A DNA stretch of 64,000 nucleotides from Chloropicon primus (Eukaryota). Below are positions 40,690 to 51,655 of the stretch, piece after piece. A program made the position numbers and the translations under genes. The notes under the pieces are model-generated. The model was not told the origin of the DNA, did no database searches, and saw only the letters and a list, made by a program, of their open reading frames with translations. The DNA lies in assembly GCA_023205875.1 (NCBI GenBank), contig CP060754.1:496001-560000 (forward strand), given 5' to 3'. How positions within the stretch are numbered: the stretch's first letter is position 1; every line of letters begins with the position of its first letter.

Positions 40690-41204
40690 CGTCGCGGCCC
40701 CCTCGCTCCCTCCCCCTCCCTCCGGTCCTCATTCAAACCCCCCTCCCATCTCCACATTCACTCCCCTCCAGAAAACGGAGACCGCCAAAGGCAAAAATGA
40801 ATTGCCAAGACCAAGATGGCATCTTTGGTGCGCTGTTCCCGTGTTACGTTGTCCTCGGACTAAAATAGGTCTCTTTAGTTCGTTCGTTCGTTCGTTCGTG
40901 CACTACACTACCCCGGTGCTGTTGGTTGGTCATTAACATCCTCGAGAGTGAGTGAGTGAGTGAGTGAGTGAGTGGTAATCCCCTACCATTTTGTACGTTG
41001 TGTGGTTCTTGGTCGAAAAGAAAAGGTGAATGTCTTATTGAAGTCTGTTGGCAGCTTTGGCAGCTTCTTTCTTGCTCTCGTTTTTCACAAGGAGAAGACG
41101 AGAGGGAAGAGAGGATATCCCACAACACAAGAACAAGGAGTTTGTCTTGAGACTTGGGGGACTGGACAGAGACAGAACCACGACAAGACTCAAGGTGGGG
41201 CAAG

Positions 41205-43049
41205 ATGCAGTCAAGTGACTACTTGAAACTCTCGGGAAAGGTAAGACTGCCACACTTGCGGGACAAGGATTCCAGGGGGAAATCCTGTACAGGCTTGGCT
41301 TTGAGATCCCCCTCGGGGTGGGGGGTGGTTCTCGGTGGCGTGTTGTTGGTGGAGGTTTTCGGGTCTGTGTGGTCCCTTGCTCGATAGGTACGGGGACAGG
41401 TGATACTGACGAAAGCTATGGCAACCTTCCTTCGTGCGTCTTCTTTGTCTCCCTATGGTTCTGTCGTGTCCTCGGCTTTTGTCCTCTTTGCCCGGTTGCT
41501 TCACCCTGCGTAGACGCCCGTGCTGAAGCTTCTCGTGTCGTGCAACGCGCACAATGAGAAAATCATTTTCAGCGACGTGGTCAAAAAGATCAACAGGAAG
41601 GGGTCGACTCAGAAGAGAATTCTTATGATAACCACAAGAGCTATCTACAACCTTGAGAACAACAAGTGCAAGCGCCGAATTGAGGTCCAAGACATTGGAA
41701 AGATTATCGTGAGCCGAGTTAGCGACCAGTTCATCCTCCACATTCCCAAGGAATACGACTATCACTATTCCTCAAGCAGGAGCAAGGAGATTACTTCGAT
41801 TCTAGAGAAGGTTCACCACGTCTACGTGGGCGAGTCCCTGACGGTGGAGACCCTCGATGACAAGGACCTCACCAAGTACGTCCTGACCAAGAAGGACCTG
41901 GAGAAGAGGAACAAGAGTGCTCACATGGCCCGCAGGAGCAGCGCGGGCGACCTGATGAAGAGCATGCAGAAGCTTGGCCTCGCGGAGGAGAAGCCCCAGA
42001 TGCCCAAGGTCGAGGGCGAGACCCACGCCGTGTTCGGTGAGAAGGTGACCATCGATGACTTCGAGCTCCTCAAGGTCCTGGGAAAAGGTTCTTTTGGCAA
42101 GGTCATGCAGGTGAAGAAGAAGGGCACGGGGGAGATTCTCGCGATGAAGATCTTGCAGAAGGACAAGGTCTTGGAGAAGCACCAGCTCGAGCACACAAAG
42201 GCGGAGAGGCATATTTTGCAGGCCGTCCAGCACCCTTTCATGGTGCACCTCAGGTTTGCTTTCCAGAGCGAGTCGAAGCTTTACATGATCTTGGACTACG
42301 TCAATGGGGGAGAGCTCTTCTTCCACTTACAGAATTCCGTCAGGTTTTCTGAAGTCAGGGCCAGATTGTACGGGGCGGAAATACTCTTGGCGCTGGGGCA
42401 CCTGCACAAACTCGGAATTATCTACAGAGACCTCAAGCCGGAGAACATCCTGTTGGACAAGGAGGGGCACGTCAGGCTTACAGACTTTGGGCTTGCCAAG
42501 CAGAACATCGACACGGACAACAAGACGTACACCTTCTGCGGAACTCCCGAGTACCTTGCCCCCGAGGTCGTCACGAGCGAGGGTCACGGAAGGGGTGTCG
42601 ACTGGTGGTCGCTGGGAACGCTGATCTACGAGATGATGAACGGACTTCCACCTTTCTACGACCCGAACATGACCGAGATGTACAAAAAGATCATTCACCA
42701 GCCACTCAACTTTCCAAGTTTCTTCTCGGCGAGCGCGAAGGACCTCCTGAGCAAGCTCTTGGAGCGCAACCCGGAGAAGAGACTGGGAAGCGGCGAGGGA
42801 GATGTTGAGGAGATCAAGGCCCACCCATTCTTCGAGTCTATTGATTGGGACAAGCTCTACAAGAGGGAGGTAGAGACCCCTTTCAAGCCACAAGTCGGAT
42901 CGGATACCGACGTGCAGAACTTCGACTCTTGCTTCACCAACGAGATCGCTAGGGACTCCGTCGTGGCGCCAGCCAAGGGGAACGCGGGAGGAGGGACCGC
43001 CAACTTTGACGGGTTCACCTTCATGCCCCAGGGACCCCTGAAAAGATGA
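41205..43049 (+). CDS. AGC Ser/Thr kinase (S6K/SGK/Akt-like) with an N-terminal myosin-TH1-type PH domain, 2 exons
   Basis: Exons 41205-41240 and 41514-43049. DYL.L...EKIIFSDVVKKINRKG..QKRILMIT..AIYNL (TH1-like); LGKGSFGKV, YRDLKPEN, TFCGTPEYLAPE, hydrophobic motif FDGFTF. Confidence 0.9.
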
Positions 43050-43864
43050 GGAGGTGAGCAGTCTTGAGCGAGACACACCAAATTGTTTTTGGCGAGGAAG
43101 GAGGGGAGTGTCGACCTTTATGTTCCACAAGGAGTACGAGCCATCCCTCGATGCATTTCAGTTAGAAAACACCTTTGGACTCTAGAAGCCTTTCCAGGGC
43201 CGTACTAGTAGTAGTATAGAACGACATTTTTACTAAAATATTCATCAGAATTCACAAAGTGCCACACGCAGAGTGTCACGCACGTCGTCGTCCTCTCGGG
43301 TCTCTCCCTCTTTTCGGGGGAGATTGTGTGTGTGTGTGTGTGTTGTGTGCAGACTCGCGTTGCGCCTCATCTCCTCACACCCCATCGGCATGCTCTCAGC
43401 AATCCCATGAGTTGGAGTCCCCCAACCCAATTGGCCTGCCCCCTCGACAACCTCGCTCTCCGTCGTAACAGCTTTCTCCCTTCCGTTGAACACCAGGTTG
43501 CCGTTGGCCCGAATTTGAAGCTTCCTCTTCCCGCGCCCCTCTCGCTTCTGTGCATGATGAATTTTACACAGGGGATCCCATCCCATGGCCATCTCCAACG
43601 GAGAGAGAGAAAAGACTTCGAGGAGAAGACACAAGCGCAACCGATCGAGAACGAGAACGAGACCGGAGGATTGACCACGAGGCTTCGAGGGACGGGGAGA
43701 GACCCGGGCTCACTGTAGCGCGGTCGCGTATTTATTCGCATTCACAGCCTTGGCGCGTGCGGGTTGTTTTGTCCGTTTTCGTCTCTGCGTGCAACGTTCT
43801 GTCCACGAAAGGCAAAGGAAGGAGGGAGAGATAGGTGGGCTGCCTTGGTGGTAGTTTGTACGGG

Positions 43865-45871
43865 ATGCACTCGAGTCAGGCTCTGGGGGTAGGAAACCCC
43901 GCGGTGGTGAACTCTTGGCTGGTCAATGCCGGGCTGAAGCACCACGCGAACAAGTTCGAGGGCGTTGAGCCGGAGGTGTTCCGCTCCCTCTTGATGCAGG
44001 ACTACGCCAAGTACGGCGTGACCAGCCTGGAGGACAAGCAGAAGCTCTTTCGCCTCGTCAAGTCTCTTCAGATGCCAGCCCCGGCGGACGTGCAGCAGCT
44101 CCCGAGGAAGCCCGCCGCGGAGGAAGCTCGGCCCCCGCAGGGCAACGGGGGGGGGCTCCTCGACCTGGAGGCCGAGGATGAGTTCCACGAGGAGGGCACG
44201 GGCTTGTGCACGACGTCGCCAGAAATCGTGCAGAAGCGCGTCTCGGAGAGGGAGAAGCAGGCACCCGTTCCTTACCCCGCAGCGGTCAGCAGGTCGGCGA
44301 ACGCTCATCAGCCGACCGCGGTGGCGAAGGCCCCGGACGCCAAAATCAAGGTCTGCGTGCGCAAGAGGCCACTGAACAAGAGGGAGAGGGACAGGAGGGA
44401 CGACGACATCATGGAAGTCCACTCGAACCAGAGGTCTCTCACGGTGCACGAGCCAAAGCAGAAGGTGGACCTGACCAAGTACACGGAGAGGCACGAGCTG
44501 CACTTCGACCACGTCTTCGACGTGAACATCTCGAACAACGAGATCTACGATACCACGATCGCGCCAATGCTGCCCGTGATTTATGCCGGAGGCAGGGCCT
44601 CCTGCTTCGCGTTCGGCCAGACCGGGAGCGGAAAGACGTACACGATGAACCCCTTGCCGCCTCGCTGCGCCAACGACCTCTTTGACTATGTTGCAGGTCA
44701 GGAGAACATGGATATCACTGTCAGTGTGTATGAGATCTACGGCTCCAAGATTTTTGACCTCCTGAACGCGAGAAACTCCATCGTGATTCGAGAGGACGGC
44801 AAGAAGAACGTCAACGTGGTTGGTCTGCAGGAGAAGAAAGTGAAGGGAATAGAAGAAGTTGAACAATACCTGACTCACGCTGCTTCTGTCAGATCGACGG
44901 GATGCACCGGGGCGAACTCAGAGTCGTCCAGATCCCATTGCATCACGAACTTCACGCTAAGGATGGCCCCGGTTGTGAAGAGGGGGGGGTTTAGAAGCAA
45001 CAGGGCGCCGCCACCAGAATTTGGGAAGGTGGTGGGAAAGATAAGCTTCATCGATCTCGCTGGAAGCGAGCGCGGAGCAGACACGTATGACAACAACAAG
45101 CAGACAAGGATGGAGGGAGCACAGATTAACAAGAGTCTTCTTGCACTGAAGGAGTGCATCAGGGCGCTTGACCAAAACTCAAAGCACATTCCTTTCAGGG
45201 GTTCCAAGCTCACGGAAGTTCTGAGGGAATCTTTCACGGGGCACTCCGTCTCCGTGATGATTGCGAACATCTCCCCTTCCACATCGTGTTGCGAGAATTC
45301 TCTGAACACGCTGAGGTATGCGGATAGAGTGAAAGAAATGAAGCGTGACCGGTCCAGCAGCAGCGTCATGCCTGTCCGGGAATCGCGACAAAGTGTCTCG
45401 AAGTATCATTCAAATCAAGAAGGAAGGCAATCGAAGCAAATTCTGTCATCGTCTGGCCAGCCGAACCCGAATCCAATTGGGATGGGGTCGAAGGCGGACG
45501 AAGCTAAGAAGCCACCCAGGTCTAGAAGGGTCTCCGTGGGAAGGCCAGAGTGGAAACATCCTGAAATTCAGACGGAAAGCAATAAGGAGAACTGCTTTGA
45601 TGCTGAGGAGAGTGGAAAAAAGAGTTCTGGCACGGCAGAGAAGGTCGACTACGAAGAAGAAATTGTCATCGCTGCTCACAAGCAGTTGATCGAAGAGACA
45701 ATGGAATTCGTCAGGAAAGAGATGAAATTATTAGCAGATGTTGACCAGCCTGGCAGCTCAATAGAAAAGTACGTCAGCGATCTGAGGCAGTTGCTTTCCA
45801 AGCGGGCCAATGGCATCTCGTCCTTCGAAAGCAAACTTGCTTCCTTTGAAACGAGTTTACAGAACAAGTGA
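43865..45871 (+). CDS. Kinesin-13 (internal motor) with an N-terminal SAM-like domain
   Basis: KIKVCVRKRPLN, HEPKQKVDLTKY (KVD finger), GQTGSGKT, SSRSH, DLAGSERGAD, LLALKECIRAL, HIPFRGSKLT. Confidence 0.93.
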   Translation: MHSSQALGVGNPAVVNSWLVNAGLKHHANKFEGVEPEVFRSLLMQDYAKYGVTSLEDKQKLFRLVKSLQMPAPADVQQLPRKPAAEEARPPQGNGGGLLDLEAEDEFHEEGTGLCTTSPEIVQKRVSEREKQAPVPYPAAVSRSANAHQPTAVAKAPDAKIKVCVRKRPLNKRERDRRDDDIMEVHSNQRSLTVHEPKQKVDLTKYTERHELHFDHVFDVNISNNEIYDTTIAPMLPVIYAGGRASCFAFGQTGSGKTYTMNPLPPRCANDLFDYVAGQENMDITVSVYEIYGSKIFDLLNARNSIVIREDGKKNVNVVGLQEKKVKGIEEVEQYLTHAASVRSTGCTGANSESSRSHCITNFTLRMAPVVKRGGFRSNRAPPPEFGKVVGKISFIDLAGSERGADTYDNNKQTRMEGAQINKSLLALKECIRALDQNSKHIPFRGSKLTEVLRESFTGHSVSVMIANISPSTSCCENSLNTLRYADRVKEMKRDRSSSSVMPVRESRQSVSKYHSNQEGRQSKQILSSSGQPNPNPIGMGSKADEAKKPPRSRRVSVGRPEWKHPEIQTESNKENCFDAEESGKKSSGTAEKVDYEEEIVIAAHKQLIEETMEFVRKEMKLLADVDQPGSSIEKYVSDLRQLLSKRANGISSFESKLASFETSLQNK

Positions 45872-45933
45872 AAGAGAATGACTAATACACATACTTTATA
45901 AAAACAAAGCCCCCATTATTACTCAGCTGTTGC

Positions 45934-48711
45934 TCACTGCGAAATTCGTATGACCAACTCCTTGTTTCGAAGCCTATTCAATGCACTGGCTACCCTTTGG
46001 TTGTGGTTTGCCTTGGATGAAAGTGTGGAAAGCTTGCTCTTGAAGTTTGTCAGCCACTTCGCATGGCCACTCAGGGCGTTCAGGGCATCTCCGTGTTGCC
46101 TGTCGTACTTCCTTTTTTCATACGACCTTCTTCCAGAGCTCATGGAGCTCACAAATTTTCTGGCATGCTGCAGATTGTTCATTTCATACTTTTCGTTCTT
46201 CAAGCTTGGCTTCGCCCCTGATCTACCAGCCCGCAGGGGAGCAAAATCTTCTTCCACATCCACAGGACGAGAGAAGCACATGTTCTCTTTTCCTGTTCCA
46301 GATCTCGATTTCAAGATGCTCTTCTCGATTTCCTGTTTCAGGAGCCTGTAGTTCCTGGTGTCCTCGTTGAGCATCCGGCTCTGAGCCTCCAGCGTGTATC
46401 TTGCGGTAGAGAGAGCGACCTCGTCGTTGTTGGTCCATGGCAGGCCGCTTTCCTTTCTCTCCCTTGATGCTCGCACATGGACCTTCCAATCCTCGCGAGC
46501 TTTGTGGAGGGCATTCTGCCTCTGCTGCAAGAACTGCTTCTGCTCTTTCAAGAATGCTAGCAGGACGTCATGAGAAACCTCTGGGGCGTCCAAGGAGAAC
46601 ATTGGCTGAGGGGGGTTCTGAGCCGACCTAAGAGGTGGAGTCACGTCTGCAGCCCGGGTGCTTTGAGATTCAGTTGTTGATGACGTCGTTGACTCCTCCT
46701 CGCTTTCTTCGCCGGTGTCATCCTCTGGCACGGCTTCTGCTTCCAGCTCTTCCTTTGCTGCCGCTAACAGCTTCAACCTCTCTTGGGACTTGAATTCTTC
46801 AATCTCTTGTGCAAGGGAATCAAGACACTTCTTCTTTTCCTCCTCTAGGTGAGCGGACATCTCCTTGTCGAGCACTTCCTTCATCCGGGCCTTCTTCGCC
46901 TCCATGTCCTGCTTGCACTCGGTCTCGTGACTCTTGAGGTCCATCTTAATCTTTTCAACTCTCAAATCTGATTCCCTTGACAGCTCCTTTTCCTTTTCCT
47001 CAATATCCTGGAGGTGCTTCTGTTCGAGCTCTTTGAATTTCTCCCCAAGCCTCTTCTCGGCATCCTCCTCAGCCTTCTTTAGTTTCTCCTCGTACTCTGT
47101 CATCATCTGATTGTATTGGTCATCTTGCTGCACCCTGCCTTCAGCCAGAGTCTCCGCTCTGGAAGATCTCAGGCACTGGAGCTCTTCGTTCACGTAACTC
47201 TGATTGCTTTCTTGTGCTTCCTTTATTCTCAGCTTGGTAGCCTCTTCAAGCTTTTGGAGCTCTTCCTTCAGTGTCGCCTCTTGCTTCTCCCTCTCTTCCT
47301 TTAGTGTCGCCTCCTGCTTCTCTTTAGCTTCCTTCAACTTCTCTTCCTTCTCCACCTGAAGTTTGTTAAGCTCTTCCTCCAAGATCGACTCGTTCTTACG
47401 GCGCTCCTCGTCAACCCTCTGCTTCACCGTCTCTTCGAGTTTCTGTTGCTCCTCAGCGAACGTGGACTTGATCATTTCCTTGTTCTTGAATGCGCGTTCG
47501 TTGCTCATCGTGAGTTCCTCGATCTTCATCTGGAATTCTCCCTCAAGCTCGAGTTTCTTTGTCTCGTAGTTGGTCAGGTGCTCTGACTCAAGAGCGGCAA
47601 TTTCTTCGGCAAACTTCTTTTCCTTCTCCTCCTTTTGCTTGACAAGGTCCTCAATCTTCTGACTGCAAGTCTTGCTCACCAATTGGAGATCCACCTCGAG
47701 CTCCTTCAGCGCGGACTCGTTCTGACTCTTGAGTGCCTCTGCCTTCTTGTCGTGCTCCTTCTCTGCCTCCGCCACCAGCTCATTCATCTGCAACTCCAAC
47801 TTCTGCAAGCGATTACCTTCCTCTTTCTTGAGCTCTTTCTCTAAATCTGAGATCTTCTGGTCATGCAGCTTCCTGAGAACGTTCTCCTCCTTCCTGTAGA
47901 GCTGAGAAAGCTCGTCCCTGTACTTCTCCACCTTGGCCTCGCACGCCGCCTTCTCTTTCGAGTAAAATTCCTCGGCGCTTCGCTTGCAGGCCTCGACCTC
48001 AGCGTCATTGGATTCCTTGATCTCTTGCTTCTTCCTCGCAGCATTGGCCCTCTGAGAGTCCTCCCACGCCTCTCTCTCTGCCTCCAGCTGCTTCGTGAAG
48101 GAATCCCGCAACTCCTTGTCTCGGGCTTGCTCCTTGGCCCTCCTCTCCTCCTCGACTGCTGGGCCCGGAAGCCCGGAGGCCGCTGGCTTTGCCGACGTTG
48201 CAGTCGCCGCGGGCTTCTCCTCGCTGGGGGAGCCCTGGCCGCGCAGAGTCGACCCCATCTTGAAAGGGTCGTCCTTCCGTCGCAGTCCTGGTATGGAGTC
48301 CAGCGCCGACAGCTTCTGTGGGGCCTGGAAGGTCTTGCTGCTGGTGGAGACCGGCCTCGCGGCGCCCACGGAAGTCGACGGGGTGGGTGCCTCCGCCTCC
48401 TTCTTTTTCTTCTTCTCCTTCTCATCCTGGTACAGCTTCCGGTAGTAGTCATCGCACGGGTGGTCCCACACGCTCTCTCCGGTCGAGAAGTTGAAGTAAT
48501 ATATGTCGCCGTCCGGGGACCTGCAGGGCTTCCAGTCCTCGGGAAGGGGAGCCTTCAAACCCTCCGAGGCGATCCAAAGGAGATCCTTCTCCTTCTTCAA
48601 GTCCATTCCAAGCCATCCCGCGTACTCCCTTATCTCGTCCTCCGTTGGCTCGTAGTTCTCGTCAATCTCCTCCTCGAGCACGACGCTCTGCTCGTCCGTT
48701 CCAGGCTCCAT
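45934..48711 (-). CDS. CEP164: CEP164-like distal-appendage protein (WW domain plus long coiled coil)
   Basis: VLEEEIDENYEPTEDEIREYA..LGMD......LLWIA.EGLKAPLP.DWKPC....GDIYYFNF.TG.S.WDHPCD.YYR is the CEP164 N-terminal signature. Confidence 0.85.
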   Translation of the reverse strand: MEPGTDEQSVVLEEEIDENYEPTEDEIREYAGWLGMDLKKEKDLLWIASEGLKAPLPEDWKPCRSPDGDIYYFNFSTGESVWDHPCDDYYRKLYQDEKEKKKKKEAEAPTPSTSVGAARPVSTSSKTFQAPQKLSALDSIPGLRRKDDPFKMGSTLRGQGSPSEEKPAATATSAKPAASGLPGPAVEEERRAKEQARDKELRDSFTKQLEAEREAWEDSQRANAARKKQEIKESNDAEVEACKRSAEEFYSKEKAACEAKVEKYRDELSQLYRKEENVLRKLHDQKISDLEKELKKEEGNRLQKLELQMNELVAEAEKEHDKKAEALKSQNESALKELEVDLQLVSKTCSQKIEDLVKQKEEKEKKFAEEIAALESEHLTNYETKKLELEGEFQMKIEELTMSNERAFKNKEMIKSTFAEEQQKLEETVKQRVDEERRKNESILEEELNKLQVEKEEKLKEAKEKQEATLKEEREKQEATLKEELQKLEEATKLRIKEAQESNQSYVNEELQCLRSSRAETLAEGRVQQDDQYNQMMTEYEEKLKKAEEDAEKRLGEKFKELEQKHLQDIEEKEKELSRESDLRVEKIKMDLKSHETECKQDMEAKKARMKEVLDKEMSAHLEEEKKKCLDSLAQEIEEFKSQERLKLLAAAKEELEAEAVPEDDTGEESEEESTTSSTTESQSTRAADVTPPLRSAQNPPQPMFSLDAPEVSHDVLLAFLKEQKQFLQQRQNALHKAREDWKVHVRASRERKESGLPWTNNDEVALSTARYTLEAQSRMLNEDTRNYRLLKQEIEKSILKSRSGTGKENMCFSRPVDVEEDFAPLRAGRSGAKPSLKNEKYEMNNLQHARKFVSSMSSGRRSYEKRKYDRQHGDALNALSGHAKWLTNFKSKLSTLSSKANHNQRVASALNRLRNKELVIRISQ

Positions 48712-49198
48712 AGTGCCCCTCCCACCTCACCTCTGCCCTTCACCTTGAGCGCGCTCTTGCACAAAAGCGCGTAACCGAGAAGGCTCCACCTTTCGTGAGT
48801 GCTTCTCCTCCCGCCTCTCCTTCTCCAAAGCAAAGCAGAGCGAAGGGACCCGTCTCGCTCGTCGGGCAGAACTCGTCCTCCTCACCTTCTCCTTCTCCTT
48901 CTGTCCCTCTCAATTCAAAAAGAAAAGAAAATCCATCAATCAACGGAAAACCAAGATCGTATTGTCCTAAGTGGAGGAAAGCTAGGTAGGTCTCCGCTCG
49001 GTTGGAGAGAAGTGGATCGAGGTCGGGGGGAGTCTCGAGGGGAAAGGAGACGACCGCGGGGGGAAGACCATTCCCAAGAGCTTCCGATCGAGCCCTCCTT
49101 CGTGTCACACGACGGCAAGGTGCAAAGAGGAGGAGGCCTCCTTCCCCTCTGCTTGCTGAAGCAAGAAGCCAATAACGTCTCAAAGCGCACAAAGTCGT

Positions 49199-49199
<1 letters not shown>

Positions 49200-49246
<47 letters not shown>
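49200..49246. repeat. (GA)n microsatellite upstream of NDUFV2
   Basis: Directly visible. Confidence 0.97.
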
Positions 49247-49252
<6 letters not shown>

Positions 49253-49277
49253 GCGGCGGGTGAAGGAGAGAGACCAG

Positions 49278-50393
<1,116 letters not shown>

Positions 50394-50485
50394 GTAAACA
50401 AACTGCGAAGTAAATATATAATTTCCACATTATTTTTCGGCAAACCCTTGCTCTTGGCTACCGCTATCCCCGTCTCCCACTAGCA

Positions 50486-51103
50486 CTAGTTCATCGTCAA
50501 GGTCACTTCGCTGGTCAGCTGGAGGTCGAACAGCTCGCACCTGATGGGCATATCCAGCTCATAAAAGGGATTCTTGAGAACGTAGTCCGCGTACAAGTTG
50601 TACACACTTCTCCCCGGCACCGAGAGGAAACAACAGGGTCAGCAACGAAACGGAAGGCAGAGAAAGGGAACAGGGATCAGACGTGCGATTCCACTCACCG
50701 CTTCAAGAATCTATCGACTCCATGGCTCTTGCACTCCGCCACGGCGAAGAACTTGATCCCCGTTGGCGTTTGAAAGTTGTGCAGGTCAAACGTCTCCGCC
50801 TCAAGAAGCTCAATACCCTTGCACCCCGGAACAGGAGAAAGCTGAGAGGATATCGCGTGAAGCGAGTGCCTAGGGAAAGCAACGTTGAGTCGCGTCAGAA
50901 CAAGGGTGCGGGCATCTCAAGTCGATCAAACCGAAACCGAAAGAAAGGCGACGATTCGCACGGACACTATCGCAAAACGAACAAACTTACCACATACTCC
51001 CCAACCTCAGCGTGTCATTCGTATCCAGCTTCGCGAGACTACTAAAGTTCCTGTGATATATCAGCCCCCCAGACTTGTTCACAACAAAAAGAGAAAGCAG
51101 CAT
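50486..51103 (-). CDS. TRAPPC4: TRAPP complex subunit 4 (Trs23/synbindin), 3 exons; not represented intact in the ORF track
   Basis: Exons 51103-50991, 50869-50699, 50606-50486. [13 protein letters not shown]...[45 protein letters not shown]...[23 protein letters not shown]. Confidence 0.92.
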
Positions 51104-51179
51104 GACCCCTGTGTCTCCTTGCCCTCCCCTCGAAAACTATCGCGGCCTCCCGCGCCACGGCACACACCACTCCGGGATG

Positions 51180-51180
<1 letters not shown>

Positions 51181-51257
<77 letters not shown>
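51181..51257. repeat. (CT)n microsatellite in the TRAPPC4/CoqF divergent region
   Basis: Directly visible, about 38 units. Confidence 0.98.
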
Positions 51258-51259
<2 letters not shown>

Positions 51260-51655
51260 ACGCACTCTCCCGCAAGAAGCAATCAACCTCCACCCACCCC
51301 CGGTCGCGTCACGTCTGCGCCTTTCCCTTGAATTCAAGACCGCCTCAAGCAAGCCCGAATAGACACCACCCTACGCGTGACAACTTCGCCCTCTTCTCTT
51401 CACTCTCCAACTCCCAACTCCACTCCCTCCATCTCTCGGGTGATTGAGATTGCTTCAGCTGTCGGCAAGGAGGACGAGGAAGGGTGCAGGGCAGGCAGAC
51501 AGTCGTCCACAAGAAGGGATGGTGCGGGGTTAGGGACGCGTTTGGGAGAGGAGGGGGAGAGGGAGGCGAATCTGTCTGGCGTTCGACCTGCTCTGCTTTC
51601 GACAACACCTTCGCGGGGTTCTTCTACGTCGTGTTGTTCTGGTTTGGATCCGGAG

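Noticed and set aside
51042..51362. ER/RE/SL dipeptide-repeat ORFs
   Set aside because: These are translations of the (CT)n microsatellite.
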